From positions 480,001-544,000 of the forward strand of contig CAVRVY010000002.1 of the NCBI GenBank assembly GCA_963724765.1: 64,000 nucleotides of DNA. The letters run 5' to 3'. How positions within the stretch are numbered: position 1 is the stretch's first letter; each line of letters begins with the position of its first letter. The notes beneath the pieces are model-generated. The model saw only the letters and a list, made by a program, of their open reading frames with translations. It searched no databases and was not told where the DNA came from. The DNA comes from an uncultured delta proteobacterium. GTDB lineage: Bacteria > Desulfobacterota > Binatia > Binatales > Binataceae. Made by a program: the position numbers and the translations under genes. This document shows, in pieces, positions 10,371 to 21,607 of the stretch.

Positions 10371-11669
10371 ATGAGCAGCACTAGACCAATCGTAGAATCT
10401 GAGCTGGAAACGCTTCAGCACCAATCATTCAGTTATTTCCTGCATGAGACGAATCCAGAGAACGGGCTGGTGATCGACAAAACCGCACCGCAGTGGCCCG
10501 CCAGCATTGCCGCTACCGGCTTCGCGCTAGCGGCTTATCCGGTGGCTGTTGAGCGCGGATTCATGCCGCGTGCCGCGGCGGTAAAACGAACTCTGACCAC
10601 GTTGCGTTTTTTCCGGAACAGCCCGCAAGGTCCCGAACCCGATGCCACTGGCTACCGGGGCTTTTACTATCATTTTCTCGACATGCGGACCGGCGGGCGC
10701 GCCTGGCAATGTGAACTCTCAACGATAGATAGCGCTTTTCTGCTGGCAGGTGCGTTGACGGCGGGAGTTTATTTCGATGCGGACACTTCCGACGAGAATG
10801 AAATTCGCATGCTCGCCGACACGCTCTATCGCCGCGCGGATTGGCAATGGGCGCAAAACCGCGGCTCAACGGTTACGCACGGCTGGAAGCCCGAGAGCGG
10901 GTTTCTCAAATACCGTTGGGAAGGCTACGACGAGGCGATGCTACTGTATACCCTCGGGCTGGGCTCGCCCACTCATCCGCTGCCCGAGAGCTGCTACGCC
11001 GCATGGATTTCGACCTACCGGTGGGAACGCTATTACGGATACGAATATCTTTACGCCGGGCCATTGTTCACGCACCAGCTCTCGCATGTCTGGATTGATC
11101 TTCGCGGCGTTCAGGACGCGTTCATGCGCGCCAGGGGCATCGACTATTTCGAGAACAGCCGTCGCGCGACTTATGTGCAACAAAAGTACGCTATCGACAA
11201 CCCACTCAACTTCGCCAGCTATGGCCGCCACTGCTGGGGTATTACAGCGAGCGACGGCCCGGGCCCCCACACGATCAAAGTGCACGGCATCGAGCGCCAA
11301 TTCTTCGGTTACCTGGGACGAGGTGCGCCATATGGGCCCGACGACGGCACCATCGCGCCGTGGGCGGCGGTGACATCGCTGCCGTTCGCGCCCGAAATTG
11401 TGCTGCCCGCGATCGACTACTATATCAACGAGGTTAAATTAGCCGCGCACAATCCCTACGGCTTCAAGGCTACTTTCAACCCGACCTATCCAGTCGAATC
11501 CAGCAATCCTTGCGGCTGGGTATCACCATGGCATTGCGGGCTCAATCAAGGGCCGATTGTCTTGATGATCGAAAACTATCGGACAGGGTTGTTATGGCAA
11601 TTGATGCGAGACTGCCCCTACATCGCCAAGGGCTTGCAGCGAGCGGGATTCAGCGGCAGTTGGTTATGA
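10371..11669 (+). CDS. Glucoamylase-like/DUF3131 (GH144-like beta-1,2-glucanase) protein
   Basis: SIAATGF, GFYYHFLD, ELSTIDSA, GWKPE, GPLFTHQLSH, WGITASDGP. Confidence 0.82.
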   Translation: MSSTRPIVESELETLQHQSFSYFLHETNPENGLVIDKTAPQWPASIAATGFALAAYPVAVERGFMPRAAAVKRTLTTLRFFRNSPQGPEPDATGYRGFYYHFLDMRTGGRAWQCELSTIDSAFLLAGALTAGVYFDADTSDENEIRMLADTLYRRADWQWAQNRGSTVTHGWKPESGFLKYRWEGYDEAMLLYTLGLGSPTHPLPESCYAAWISTYRWERYYGYEYLYAGPLFTHQLSHVWIDLRGVQDAFMRARGIDYFENSRRATYVQQKYAIDNPLNFASYGRHCWGITASDGPGPHTIKVHGIERQFFGYLGRGAPYGPDDGTIAPWAAVTSLPFAPEIVLPAIDYYINEVKLAAHNPYGFKATFNPTYPVESSNPCGWVSPWHCGLNQGPIVLMIENYRTGLLWQLMRDCPYIAKGLQRAGFSGSWL

Positions 11670-11750
11670 ACGCTGTACGACGAGGAACTCATGATCGTCT
11701 GAATGGTTTGCCGCGTTCCTGGCCTTGGCTGAAAAGAGGAGAACTGAGCC

Positions 11751-14181
11751 ATGGAGACGACAACTCTTTCCCCGGAATTGTTAAACAAGATAAATGCCTA
11801 TTGGCGCGCCGCCAACTATCTATCGGTCGGCCAGATATATCTCTACGACAATCCGCTGCTGAAGGAGCCGCTGGAACTATCGCACGTGAAGCCGCTGGTG
11901 GTCGGACACTGGGGCACGACGCCGGGCCAGAACTTCATCTATGTGCATTTGAACCGTGTCATCAAGAAGTATGACCTGGACATGTTCTATATTGCCGGCC
12001 CTGGTCACGGTGGTCCGGCACTAGTGGGCAATACCTATCTCGAAGGCACTTATAGTGAGGTTTATCCGGAGATCAGCCAAGACGAAGCCGGGCTGAAAAA
12101 GCTATTCAAGCAGTTCTCGTTTCCGGGTGGGATTTCCAGCCATGTGGCCCCATCGACGCCGGGATCAATTCACGAAGGTGGCGAGTTGGGCTATTCGCTA
12201 AGTCACGCCTTCGGGGCCGCATTCGACAATCCCGATCTGATCGTCGCCTGCATCATCGGTGACGGTGAGGCGGAAACGGGGCCCCTGGCGACAGCATGGC
12301 AATCCAACAAGTTTCTGGACCCAATTTCCGACGGAGCCGTGCTGCCGATCCTGCATCTCAATGGCTACAAGATCAGCAACCCGACGATCCTGGCCCGCAT
12401 CGAGCATGAGGAGTTGGAGCAATTTCTACGAGGCTGCGGCTGGACCCCCCACTTTGTAGAAGGTGATGAGCCGGAGAAGATGCATCAACTCATGGCCGGT
12501 ACTTTAGAAGAGGTCATCGACGACATTCGACAAATCCAGAGCAATGCGCGGAACAAGAACGACACCAGTCGGCCGCGCTGGCCGATGATCGTCCTCAGGT
12601 CACCCAAGGGCTGGACGGGTCCGAAAGTCGTCGATGGCCTGCAAATCGAGGGCACCTTCCGTGCGCACCAGGTGCCGCTGCTGGTGGATTCGGAGCATCC
12701 CGACCACGTCAAGCAGCTTGAAAGCTGGATGAAGAGCTACAAGGCGGCAGAGCTGTTCGATGAGAATGGCCGACTCATCTCGGAGCTGGCCGAGCTAGCG
12801 CCCAAGGGCGACCGGCGGATGGGCGCCAATCCGCACACTAACGGCGGCATTCTGCTGCGCGATCTGCGGATGCCGGACTTCCATGACCACGCCGTAAATG
12901 TGCCTTCGCCTGGCGCCGTTGACGGCCAGGACACGCTCGTACTGGGCAAGTTCCTGCGTGATGTGGCCAAGCTGAATCAGGATCAGCGTAATTTCCGGGT
13001 GTTCGGTCCCGATGAGACGCTCTCGAATCTTCTGGGCGCGATTTTTGAAGTTACCGACCGTCAGTGGGACGCTCGCGAAGTAAAAAATGACGAATTCCTC
13101 GCGCCTGCCGGACGCGTACTGGATTCGATGCTCAGTGAACATCAGTGCGAAGGTTGGTTGGAAGGATACCTACTGACAGGACGACATGGGCTTTTCAACT
13201 GTTACGAGGCTTTCATCCACATCATCGATTCGATGTTCAACCAGCACGCCAAATGGCTGAAGGTGACGTTGGAACTGCCCTGGCGCCGGAAGATCGCGTT
13301 CGTTGAACTACCTCCTCGCCTCCCACGTCTGGCAGCAGGATCACAACGGCTTCACTCATCAGGATCCGGGCTTTCTCGACCACGTCATCAACAAGAAGGC
13401 CGATATCGTGCGCGTGTACCTACCGCCCGATGCCAACTGCCTGCTGTCCGTCTTTGATCACTGCCTGCGCAGCCGGCACTACGTCAACGTGGTGGTTGCA
13501 GGCAAACACGCACTGCCCCAATGGCTGACTATGGAAGCTGCGGTCGTGCATTGCACGGAAGGAATTGGCATCTGGCAATGGGCCAGCAACGATCAGGGCA
13601 GCGAGCCGGACGTGGTGATGGCCTGTTGCGGAGACACGCCTACGCTGGAGATCCTGGCGGCCGTTTCCATCCTTCGTAAACATTTGCCCGATCTGAAAAT
13701 CCGGGTGATCAATGTCGTCGATTTGATGAAGTTGCAGTCCGAGAGCGAGCACCCGCACGGGCTAAGCGAAACGGATTACGATGCGCTCTTCACCAAAGAT
13801 AAGCACATCATCTTCGGCTTCCATGGATACCCATGGCTCGTCCATCGGCTGACCTATCGCCGCACCAACCTCAATCTGCACGTCCGCGGCTACAAGGAGG
13901 AGGGCACGATCACGACCGCTTTCGATATGCGAGTCCAGAACGATTTGGACCGGTTTCATCTGGTCCAGGATGTGATCGATCGTCTGCCGCAGTTGGGTGC
14001 CCAAGGAAATTATCTGAAGCAACAGATGAAGGACAAGCTCATCGAGCACAAGCATTACATTGATAAACACGGCCAGGATTTGCCGGAAATCCGGAACTGG
14101 AAGTGGCAGGAGCCGAGCAGTAACAACGCCGAACCGAGACCATTGCGGATGGAATCGGGAAGGCTCGGATCTCATGAGTAG
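11751..14181 (+). CDS. xfp: Xylulose-5-P/fructose-6-P phosphoketolase with one extra base near 13300 (probable sequencing indel)
   Basis: [26 protein letters not shown]; deleting one T in AAGATCGCGTTCGTTGAAC restores [21 protein letters not shown]. Confidence 0.93.
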
Positions 14182-14398
14182 GACAAAGCACCGTCACCAC
14201 CGTCATAGTGCAGATAGTGACAGTGTTAATCATGGCTTCCATCGTCCTTACTGGAAACATGCGCATCATGATTGGCGTCTGGTGGTCGCCGTGTCCTTGA
14301 TGCTTATAGCCATACTTATTTATGTGATAAGCGATGACCTGGCGTGGCGCCCTCGCGGGCAACCGCACCAGCCGCTTTCAGGCGCCGTCAAAAATTAG
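14174..14398 (+). CDS. Small His-rich single-TM protein (74 aa)
   Basis: ATG overlaps xfp end; [23 protein letters not shown] then a hydrophobic helix; a diverged second copy near 17401 supports a real gene. Confidence 0.7.
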   Translation: MSRTKHRHHRHSADSDSVNHGFHRPYWKHAHHDWRLVVAVSLMLIAILIYVISDDLAWRPRGQPHQPLSGAVKN

Positions 14399-14527
14399 CA
14401 GAAATCCCTGCCGTCCGTGATCACCAAAAAATCGTCAAAATGAATACTTAATTGCTTATCGATATCAGCATCACAACAAGCATCTCGTTACTCACGAAAC
14501 CTGCAAAGGAAATCGGCAGGAGTTGAA

Positions 14528-17329
14528 ATGGCTATCCAGAAGGATTCCGGAGAAGATGCGAAGACCATAGACGATTCAAATGACTCCGCGCCAGAAGGGC
14601 CCGAGGCAAGTGCGGCTAAGTCCAAGGGCTCGAAGGTTGGCGTGGATGAGATTCGCAAGCGCGCCTACGAAGTCTTCCAGGCGCGCCATGGTGGACTCGG
14701 CAGTGCGGTCGAAGACTGGCAAAAGGCCGAGGCCTCAGCTTCTGCAGACGCGCCCAAGCCGGATGGGGCCAAGCCCGCAGCGCCAACGGCAGATGCGTCC
14801 AAAGGTGTGCAGATACCAGCTGATACCGGGACGATCCAGGAGGCGCTCCGCAAGTTCCATTCGAGTATCGAAGATGGACTGACCCAGGAGGAGGCGGCAA
14901 GCCGGCTCAAGAAGGACGGTCTGAACGCCATCGAAGAAAAGCGCATCAGTCCCCTCAAGCGGTTCCTGACGTTCCTTTGGGGACCTATCGCTTGGATGAT
15001 CGAAATTGCCGCAATACTTTCCGCAGTGGTTCGGCATTGGGAAGATTTCATCATCATCTTTTTCATGTTGGCGCTGAATGCGGTCGTCGGCTTCTGGGAG
15101 GAATTCAAGGCCGACAATGAGATCGAAGCGCTGAAAAAGAATCTCGCACTGCATACACGGGTGCTGCGCGACGGCAAGTGGAGTGACGTCGAGGCCAAGA
15201 CCTTGGTGAGCGGGGATATTGTCATGGTCAAACTCGGCAATGTCATCCCCGCCGACCTGAAGCTGGTCGATGGCGATTACCTCAGCATCGATCAAGCGGC
15301 GCTCACGGGAGAGTCGCTGCCGGTCGACAAGAAGAAAAATGACGTGGCGTATTCGGGATCGATCGTGCGAATGGGCCAGATGAACGGGCTCGTCGTCGCA
15401 ACCGGGATGAACACGCTTTTCGGTCGAACCGCACGACTGGTCGAAACGGTAGAGGCCGTCTCCCACTTTCAGAGGGCGGTGCTCAAGATCGGCAACTTCC
15501 TCATTCTGATCACGCTCGGTCTGGTCGCATTGATCCTGACCTGCGCGCTATATCGCGGCGACCCGCTGGTCGAAACCCTGCTGTTTGCGCTGATTCTTAC
15601 CGTCGCTGCGATACCAGTTGCCTTGCCCGCCGTACTGTCCGTCACGATGGCCGTCGGCGCATCCGTGCTCGCTCGAATGAAGGCTATTGTCTCCCGCCTC
15701 GTCGCGATCGAAGAGATGGCCGGCATGGACATTCTCTGCTCGGACAAGACCGGTACGCTCACTAAGAGCGAACTCAAGTTGAGCAAACCAGTGGTCTTCA
15801 AGGCGGACAGCGAGCAGGACCTGATTCTGGGCGCGGCGTTGGCCTCGCGAACTGAGGGTGGAGATAGCATCGACGAGGCCGTCCTCAAAGCTCTCAGCGA
15901 TCACGCGGCGCTAAAGGCCTATCAAATCACTCATTTCACACCCTTCGATCCGGTCAGCAAGCGAACCGAGGCCGCGGTCAAACACGACAACGCCACTTTC
16001 AAAATTTCGAAGGGCGCCCCGCAGGTGATTCTGGATCTGGTCCACCCCGAGGAGGACGCGCGCAAAAAAGCGGAAGGAGAGGTTAACGAACTTGCTGCCA
16101 AAGGCTACCGCACCCTAGGCGTCGCGCGCACCGATACGCAGGGGCAGTGGGAATTCCTTGGACTGTTGTCGCTGTCCGATCCTCCGCGTGACGATTCAGC
16201 CTCGACAATCGCAACCGCACGAAAGATGGGACTCCAGGTTCGGATGGTAACCGGCGATAATCTTGCGATTGCCCGCGAAGTATCGCTCGAACTTAAGCTG
16301 GGACCGAAAATTGCGGTGGCCAGCGCTCTCTTTCCCGACGGCAAGGCCGACGACAGTAACAAGATAGACGCGGCCGACGGCTACGCAGAGGTTTTTCCCG
16401 AGCATAAGTTCAAAATCGTCAAAATCCTCCAGAGGCGTGGACATATCGTTGGAATGACCGGGGACGGCGTCAACGACGCTCCCGCGCTCAAACAGGCTGA
16501 TTGTGGAATCGCGGTGAGCGGCGCCACCGACGCCGCTCGTGCCGCGGCAGATCTGGTGCTCACGGCGACGGGTCTCTCCGTAATCACCGCCGCAATTGCA
16601 GAAGCACGCAAGATCTTCGAGCGCATGAACAGCTACGCGATCTATCGGATTTCCGAAACCATCCGCGTGCTGCTCTTTATGACGCTGGCGATCGTAGTGT
16701 TCAACTTCTACCCGGTAACCGCGGTCATGATCGTGCTCATCGCGGTCCTAAACGACTTCCCGATCATGATGATCGCCTACGACAACACCATCGTAGCTCC
16801 ACGCCCGGTGCGCTGGGACATGGAACGCGTACTTACGGTCAGTTCGGTTCTCGGCGTGATGGGTGTTATCTCCGCATTCGGCCTTTTCTGGATCGCGGAG
16901 AAATACCTTCAACTGCCCCGGCCAATCGTTCAGAGTCTCATGTTCCTGAAGCTCCTGGTAGCAGGGCACCTTACCATCTACATCACGCGAAGCGTGGGAA
17001 CGTTTTGGCAGCGCCCGTGGCCCAATTGGCGCCTGGTCGTTGCCTGCGAAACAACCCAGGTCATCGGAACACTGGCCGCCGTCTACGGATGGGGCATGAC
17101 GCCGCTGGGATGGAAATATGCTCTGGCAGTGTGGGGCTATGCGCTCGTATGGTTCTTCATCAACGACTTGGTGAAGGTTGAGGTATACCGCCTGATGCAT
17201 CTGGGGACTGCAAGCCATCAGCGCCATCTGGCGAGAATTAACGCCAGCCTTCATCCGGCCCCAGTCGTCAAGCCTGAAGATCCTCACCGACAACGGCACG
17301 CGCATTCTCAAGTTCTATCTCCACATTAG
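14528..17329 (+). CDS. P3A-type proton-efflux P-type ATPase with an N-terminal DUF2934-like domain
   Basis: WGPIAWMIE, TGES, IPVALP, DKTGTLT, TGDGVNDAPALK, LNDFP; N-term EIRKRAYEVFQAR..DWQKAE. Confidence 0.92.
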   Translation: MAIQKDSGEDAKTIDDSNDSAPEGPEASAAKSKGSKVGVDEIRKRAYEVFQARHGGLGSAVEDWQKAEASASADAPKPDGAKPAAPTADASKGVQIPADTGTIQEALRKFHSSIEDGLTQEEAASRLKKDGLNAIEEKRISPLKRFLTFLWGPIAWMIEIAAILSAVVRHWEDFIIIFFMLALNAVVGFWEEFKADNEIEALKKNLALHTRVLRDGKWSDVEAKTLVSGDIVMVKLGNVIPADLKLVDGDYLSIDQAALTGESLPVDKKKNDVAYSGSIVRMGQMNGLVVATGMNTLFGRTARLVETVEAVSHFQRAVLKIGNFLILITLGLVALILTCALYRGDPLVETLLFALILTVAAIPVALPAVLSVTMAVGASVLARMKAIVSRLVAIEEMAGMDILCSDKTGTLTKSELKLSKPVVFKADSEQDLILGAALASRTEGGDSIDEAVLKALSDHAALKAYQITHFTPFDPVSKRTEAAVKHDNATFKISKGAPQVILDLVHPEEDARKKAEGEVNELAAKGYRTLGVARTDTQGQWEFLGLLSLSDPPRDDSASTIATARKMGLQVRMVTGDNLAIAREVSLELKLGPKIAVASALFPDGKADDSNKIDAADGYAEVFPEHKFKIVKILQRRGHIVGMTGDGVNDAPALKQADCGIAVSGATDAARAAADLVLTATGLSVITAAIAEARKIFERMNSYAIYRISETIRVLLFMTLAIVVFNFYPVTAVMIVLIAVLNDFPIMMIAYDNTIVAPRPVRWDMERVLTVSSVLGVMGVISAFGLFWIAEKYLQLPRPIVQSLMFLKLLVAGHLTIYITRSVGTFWQRPWPNWRLVVACETTQVIGTLAAVYGWGMTPLGWKYALAVWGYALVWFFINDLVKVEVYRLMHLGTASHQRHLARINASLHPAPVVKPEDPHRQRHAHSQVLSPH

Positions 17330-17400
17330 TCCAGAGGAGCAGCTCGAGCGCTTCGAGCAGCGCTTCGATGATCCGATGCGGCAATGGAACAAAAAGCTAC

Positions 17401-17575
17401 GGTATTCATCATGGCTTCCATCGTCCTTACTAGAAGCATGCGCATCATGATTGCGTTTGGTGGTCGCCGTGAGCTTGACGCTTGTGGCCCTGTTTACTTA
17501 TGTGATGAGCGACGACCTGGCGTGATGGTCTCGCAGCCAACCGCAGCGCCGCTTTCAGGCGCCGTCGAAAAATAA
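17401..17575 (+). pseudogene. Degenerate copy of the His-rich TM peptide gene (14229-14398)
   Basis: Aligns by eye; TGG>TAG, a 1-bp deletion in GATTG(G)CGT and TGG>TGA. Confidence 0.85.
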
Positions 17576-17635
17576 CAGAGCTCCGGAGACTTTCATCATC
17601 AGAGAGTCATCTCAAGTGAGTACTGAGCGAAACCG

Positions 17636-18232
17636 ATGAGCGGGAAACCAAAACCTAATATCGTCTCCTATCTGGGATTCGCCGCATGGCTTGTCTATGG
17701 CCTCTTGGGCGCGCGGGAGTTCTGGAGAACGGCAGCATGCGCAGGGTTGGTGATCATGCTGGCGATTGTCGCAAACGAGATTCGTACCCGGAGCGTCAAG
17801 ATAATCGATTGCACCTCGCTCGCCTTTTTCATCCTTGTGATTTTCGAGCTCGCCACCATTGGTGAAGGGTATTTCATTCGCTACCAGACCATCTTCGGAT
17901 GGGGCTTATTCGCGGTAGCCGCATGGGTAACGATGATTGTCGGCGTTCCCTTCAGGCTTCAGTACGCTCGAGAGAGAGCGCCGCATGAGCTGTGGGACAA
18001 GCCATTGTTTCGCCGCGTTCAATTCCGCCTCAGTGTGGCATGGGCGATCATCTTCACACTCGATACCATTTTGGCAGCTATCGCACTCGGCGTTGGCCAC
18101 CGATTGCTGCTGATCGCGGTCATACCGGGTGCGAGCATGTTTGTCGGCTTCGCGCTGACTGTGCTCTATCCAGCGTACTACCAACGCGAGTTCGCCACGC
18201 AAATGGTGCACGGGTCCGCCTCCGCTTCGTGA
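17636..18232 (+). CDS. Hypothetical multi-pass membrane protein
   Basis: About 6 hydrophobic segments; PFxLQYARE..W motif. Confidence 0.75.
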   Translation: MSGKPKPNIVSYLGFAAWLVYGLLGAREFWRTAACAGLVIMLAIVANEIRTRSVKIIDCTSLAFFILVIFELATIGEGYFIRYQTIFGWGLFAVAAWVTMIVGVPFRLQYARERAPHELWDKPLFRRVQFRLSVAWAIIFTLDTILAAIALGVGHRLLLIAVIPGASMFVGFALTVLYPAYYQREFATQMVHGSASAS

Positions 18233-18333
18233 AGGAACAGAGGTGACCACTTACGCCTAACACCAATGGATCACTGAGCGGCCTTACGAGCGAAGAGGCC
18301 GCTACGCGGCTCAAGAAGTTCGGCCCCAACGCG

Positions 18334-20574
18334 ATGCCCGATACGACGGCGCATCCGTTGCGTTCGGCGTTGAGCAAATTCTGGACGCCAGTTCCATGGA
18401 TGCTCGAGGCTGCGATCGTGCTCGAGGTGGTGCTCGGCAAGTACGTCGAGGCCGCGGTCATCGCGGCCCTGCTGGTGTTCAACGCCGCGCTCGGGTTTTT
18501 CCAGGAGTCGCGGGCCCAGGCAACTCTGGCCGCGCTGAAGTCGCGGCTGGCGCTGAACGCGTCGGTCCGGCGCGGCGGTGTTTGGACGACCGTGCCCGCT
18601 GTCGTATTGGTGCCGGGCGATATCGTGAAGCTGTCTTTGGGTGCTGTGGTGGCTGCCGACGTGCGCCTGCTCGAAGGGTCAGTTTTGCTTGACCAGTCCA
18701 TGCTTACCGGCGAATCCATCCCTATCGACGCTGGTCCGGGCGTGCCGACCTATGCCGGCGCGCTGGTGCGTCGCGGCGAGGCGGTTGGGGAGGTCACGGC
18801 GACCGGAACACACACGAAGTTTGGACGCACCGCGGAGCTGGTCCGCACCGCTCATGTCACCAGTTCCGAGCAGAAGGCGGTTCTCCGTGTGGTGCGCAAT
18901 CTTGCCTTGTTCAACAGCATCGTCATTGTCCTGCTGGTGGTATACGCCTACAGGCTCGCGATGCCGCTGGCTGAAATCATACCCCTGGTGCTGACCGCGA
19001 TCCTCGCGTCGATCCCGGTGGCGCTGCCTGCCACCTTTACCGTTGCCGCAGCGCTGGGCGCACGCGCACTGGCGCGCCTGGGCGTGCTTCCGACGCGGCT
19101 CTCGGCCGTTGACGAAGCGGCAACGATCGACGTCTTGTGCGCCGATAAGACCGGCACGCTGACACGCAACGAATTGACGGTGACGGCAGTCCGTCCTGCG
19201 CCGGGCTTCGACGAAACCGGATTGCTGGAACTAGCGGCGGTAGCGAGTGCGGACGGCGGGCAGGATCCGGTCGATGCAGCCATTCGCACTGCAGCTTCGG
19301 GCAAGAGCGCCAAGCTGCCGAAATTGATTAAGTTCATTCCCTTCGATCCCGCAAAGAAGACCTCCGAGGCGACTGCCGTGGATCCAAGCGGGGGCGGCAC
19401 CATACGGGTGGTGAAGGGAGCCTATGCCGCAGTGATCGGCCTTGCGCCATCATTGCCGGAGCTGTCGGGCACGGCAAAGGAACTGGAGGCGCAGGGCTTC
19501 AGGCTGCTCGCCGTCGCGACTGGTACCGCCGCGGCGATGCGCCTGGCGGGACTGATCGCGTTGAGCGATCCGCCACGCGCTGACTCGGCGGCGCTGGTCA
19601 CGGAGATGCGCACTTTGGGCGTGCGCACCGTGATGGTTACGGGAGACGCTCCCGCGACGGCCGCAATCGTAGCTCGTGCGGTGGGACTCGATGGAGTCGT
19701 TTGTCCACCTGGCCCAATTCCCGACGCTGTGACGCCTGAGAAATTTGCGGTCTTTGCCGGCGTCCTCCCCGAGGACAAGTATAAACTCGTGAAGGCCTTT
19801 CAGAAGGGCGGCCACAATGTTGCGATGTGCGGCGACGGCGCCAACGACGCGCCGGCCTTGCGCCAGGCGCAGATGGGAATCGCGGTATCGACAGCGACCG
19901 ATGTTGCCAAGTCGGCGGCCGGTATAGTCCTCACCACGCCGGGACTCGGCGGCATCGTGGCCTCGATCAAGGAAGGCCGCATGACCTTTCAGCGCATCCT
20001 GACCTACACGCTGAGCTCGGTTACCAAGAAGATCGTACAGGTGCTCTTCCTGGCGGTTGGTCTGGTGATGACTGGACACGCGATCCTGACCCCGATGCTA
20101 ATGGTCATCATTATGCTGACCGGCGACTTCCTGGGCATGTCGTTGACGACCGACAATGTGAGTCCCTCGCCGGTGCCCGATGCCTGGCGAATCGGCAACT
20201 TGACGCTGGTGGGGATCTTTATGGGAGTTTGCGAGTTGGCCTATTGCACCGCCATTTTGGCCATCGGCAAATTCCGGCTGGGGCTTGGAATCGAGGCGCT
20301 GCAAACGATGGCCTTTCTCGCCGTTGTGTTCGGCAATGAGGCGTCGCTCTATGCCATCCGCGGACGCCGACGGCTGTGGTCCACGCCAAGCCGCTGGCTT
20401 GTTCTGTCGTCGGTAGGGGATCTCCTGATCGCCTCGATATTGGCCGCCTGCGGGATCGTAATGACGGCTCTGCCCGTCATTATTGTGGCCGGCATACTGG
20501 CCGCGGCAGTTGTCTTGGCATTCGTCGCGGATATCGCGAAATTCCCGGTCTTGAAGCGCCTTAGGATCGCCTAG
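18334..20574 (+). CDS. Second P3A-like P-type ATPase; homology extends upstream to about 18275
   Basis: VPWMLE, TGES, IPVALP, DKTGTLT, GDGANDAPAL; in-frame upstream GLTSEEAATRLKKFGPN. Confidence 0.9.
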   Translation: MPDTTAHPLRSALSKFWTPVPWMLEAAIVLEVVLGKYVEAAVIAALLVFNAALGFFQESRAQATLAALKSRLALNASVRRGGVWTTVPAVVLVPGDIVKLSLGAVVAADVRLLEGSVLLDQSMLTGESIPIDAGPGVPTYAGALVRRGEAVGEVTATGTHTKFGRTAELVRTAHVTSSEQKAVLRVVRNLALFNSIVIVLLVVYAYRLAMPLAEIIPLVLTAILASIPVALPATFTVAAALGARALARLGVLPTRLSAVDEAATIDVLCADKTGTLTRNELTVTAVRPAPGFDETGLLELAAVASADGGQDPVDAAIRTAASGKSAKLPKLIKFIPFDPAKKTSEATAVDPSGGGTIRVVKGAYAAVIGLAPSLPELSGTAKELEAQGFRLLAVATGTAAAMRLAGLIALSDPPRADSAALVTEMRTLGVRTVMVTGDAPATAAIVARAVGLDGVVCPPGPIPDAVTPEKFAVFAGVLPEDKYKLVKAFQKGGHNVAMCGDGANDAPALRQAQMGIAVSTATDVAKSAAGIVLTTPGLGGIVASIKEGRMTFQRILTYTLSSVTKKIVQVLFLAVGLVMTGHAILTPMLMVIIMLTGDFLGMSLTTDNVSPSPVPDAWRIGNLTLVGIFMGVCELAYCTAILAIGKFRLGLGIEALQTMAFLAVVFGNEASLYAIRGRRRLWSTPSRWLVLSSVGDLLIASILAACGIVMTALPVIIVAGILAAAVVLAFVADIAKFPVLKRLRIA

Positions 20575-20648
20575 AGGCGTGACTGAGCATCGGCAGTACC
20601 TAAAAAAAATAGTGCGTCGCTAGCCAAGTCTTAGGAGAACCCGCGACG

Positions 20649-21524
20649 GTGAACTACCGCAAGAGATTCGTCGTCGAGCCCGGCGCCAAGGTCCGGCTCG
20701 GCAAAATTGACCCGGAATTCAAAGACAAGCACGAAACGAAGGACAGCGCGACGCTGGAGATCCAGAAGCATGTCGAGCGCATGGCCAAGGCGCAGTATCT
20801 GCTGTACGCCGACGGCAAGCGGTCACTGCTGGTCGTCCTGCAGGCGCTAGACGCCGGTGGCAAGGACGGCGTGGTGCGCCACGTGTTCAGCGCCATGAAC
20901 CCGCAGGGGACGTCGGTCTTTGGCTTCAAGCAACCGAGTGAGTTAGAAGCCGCACATGATTTCCTCTGGCGCGCCCACCTGCACACGCCTGGCAAAGGGG
21001 AAGTTGTGATCTTCAACCGGTCGCATTATGAGGACGTACTCATCGTGCGCGTGCACAAGTTGGTAACGGAGGCGGTTTGGTCGAAGCGTTATGAGTTGAT
21101 CAATGACTTCGAGAAGCTCCTCAGCGAGAACGGCACGCGCATTCTCAAGTTCTATCTCCACATTAGCCCAGAGGAGCAGCTGGATCGCTTCGAGCAACGG
21201 CTCGATGACCCGCTGCGGCAGTGGAAAATCAGCGAGGCCGACTACTCGGAGCGCAAGTTGTGGCCGGATTATATCGAGGCGTACGAGGACGCCATGGAAA
21301 GGACGAGCACTAAGCACGCCCTATGGTACGTGATCCCGTCCAACCACAAGTGGTTCCGCGATCTGGCCATCTCCGAGATTCTCGCCGACACGTTAGAGGA
21401 CATGGAGCTGAAGCTGCCGCCAACGCGGGTGGACATTGCGGATATCCGACGCAAGTATCACACCGCGCAGGCGCAGCAGGCGCGGCGAGGCCACAAGCCG
21501 CCGAAGCAGTCGCGCAAGAAGTAA
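20649..21524 (+). CDS. ppk2: Polyphosphate kinase 2 family protein
   Basis: QALDAGGKDG, HDFLWR, FNRSHYEDVL, WYVIPSNHKWFR. Confidence 0.93.
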   Translation: MNYRKRFVVEPGAKVRLGKIDPEFKDKHETKDSATLEIQKHVERMAKAQYLLYADGKRSLLVVLQALDAGGKDGVVRHVFSAMNPQGTSVFGFKQPSELEAAHDFLWRAHLHTPGKGEVVIFNRSHYEDVLIVRVHKLVTEAVWSKRYELINDFEKLLSENGTRILKFYLHISPEEQLDRFEQRLDDPLRQWKISEADYSERKLWPDYIEAYEDAMERTSTKHALWYVIPSNHKWFRDLAISEILADTLEDMELKLPPTRVDIADIRRKYHTAQAQQARRGHKPPKQSRKK

Positions 21525-21607
21525 GCACGCCTCTATGAGCTAGTGGACGTGACACACGGAAAGCTGCAACATAGCGAGCGCTGCCCATTGCTCTTTGCCG
21601 GCAAAAC

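Noticed and set aside
13290-13310. Programmed frameshift in xfp
   Set aside because: No slippery heptamer; one extra T explains it
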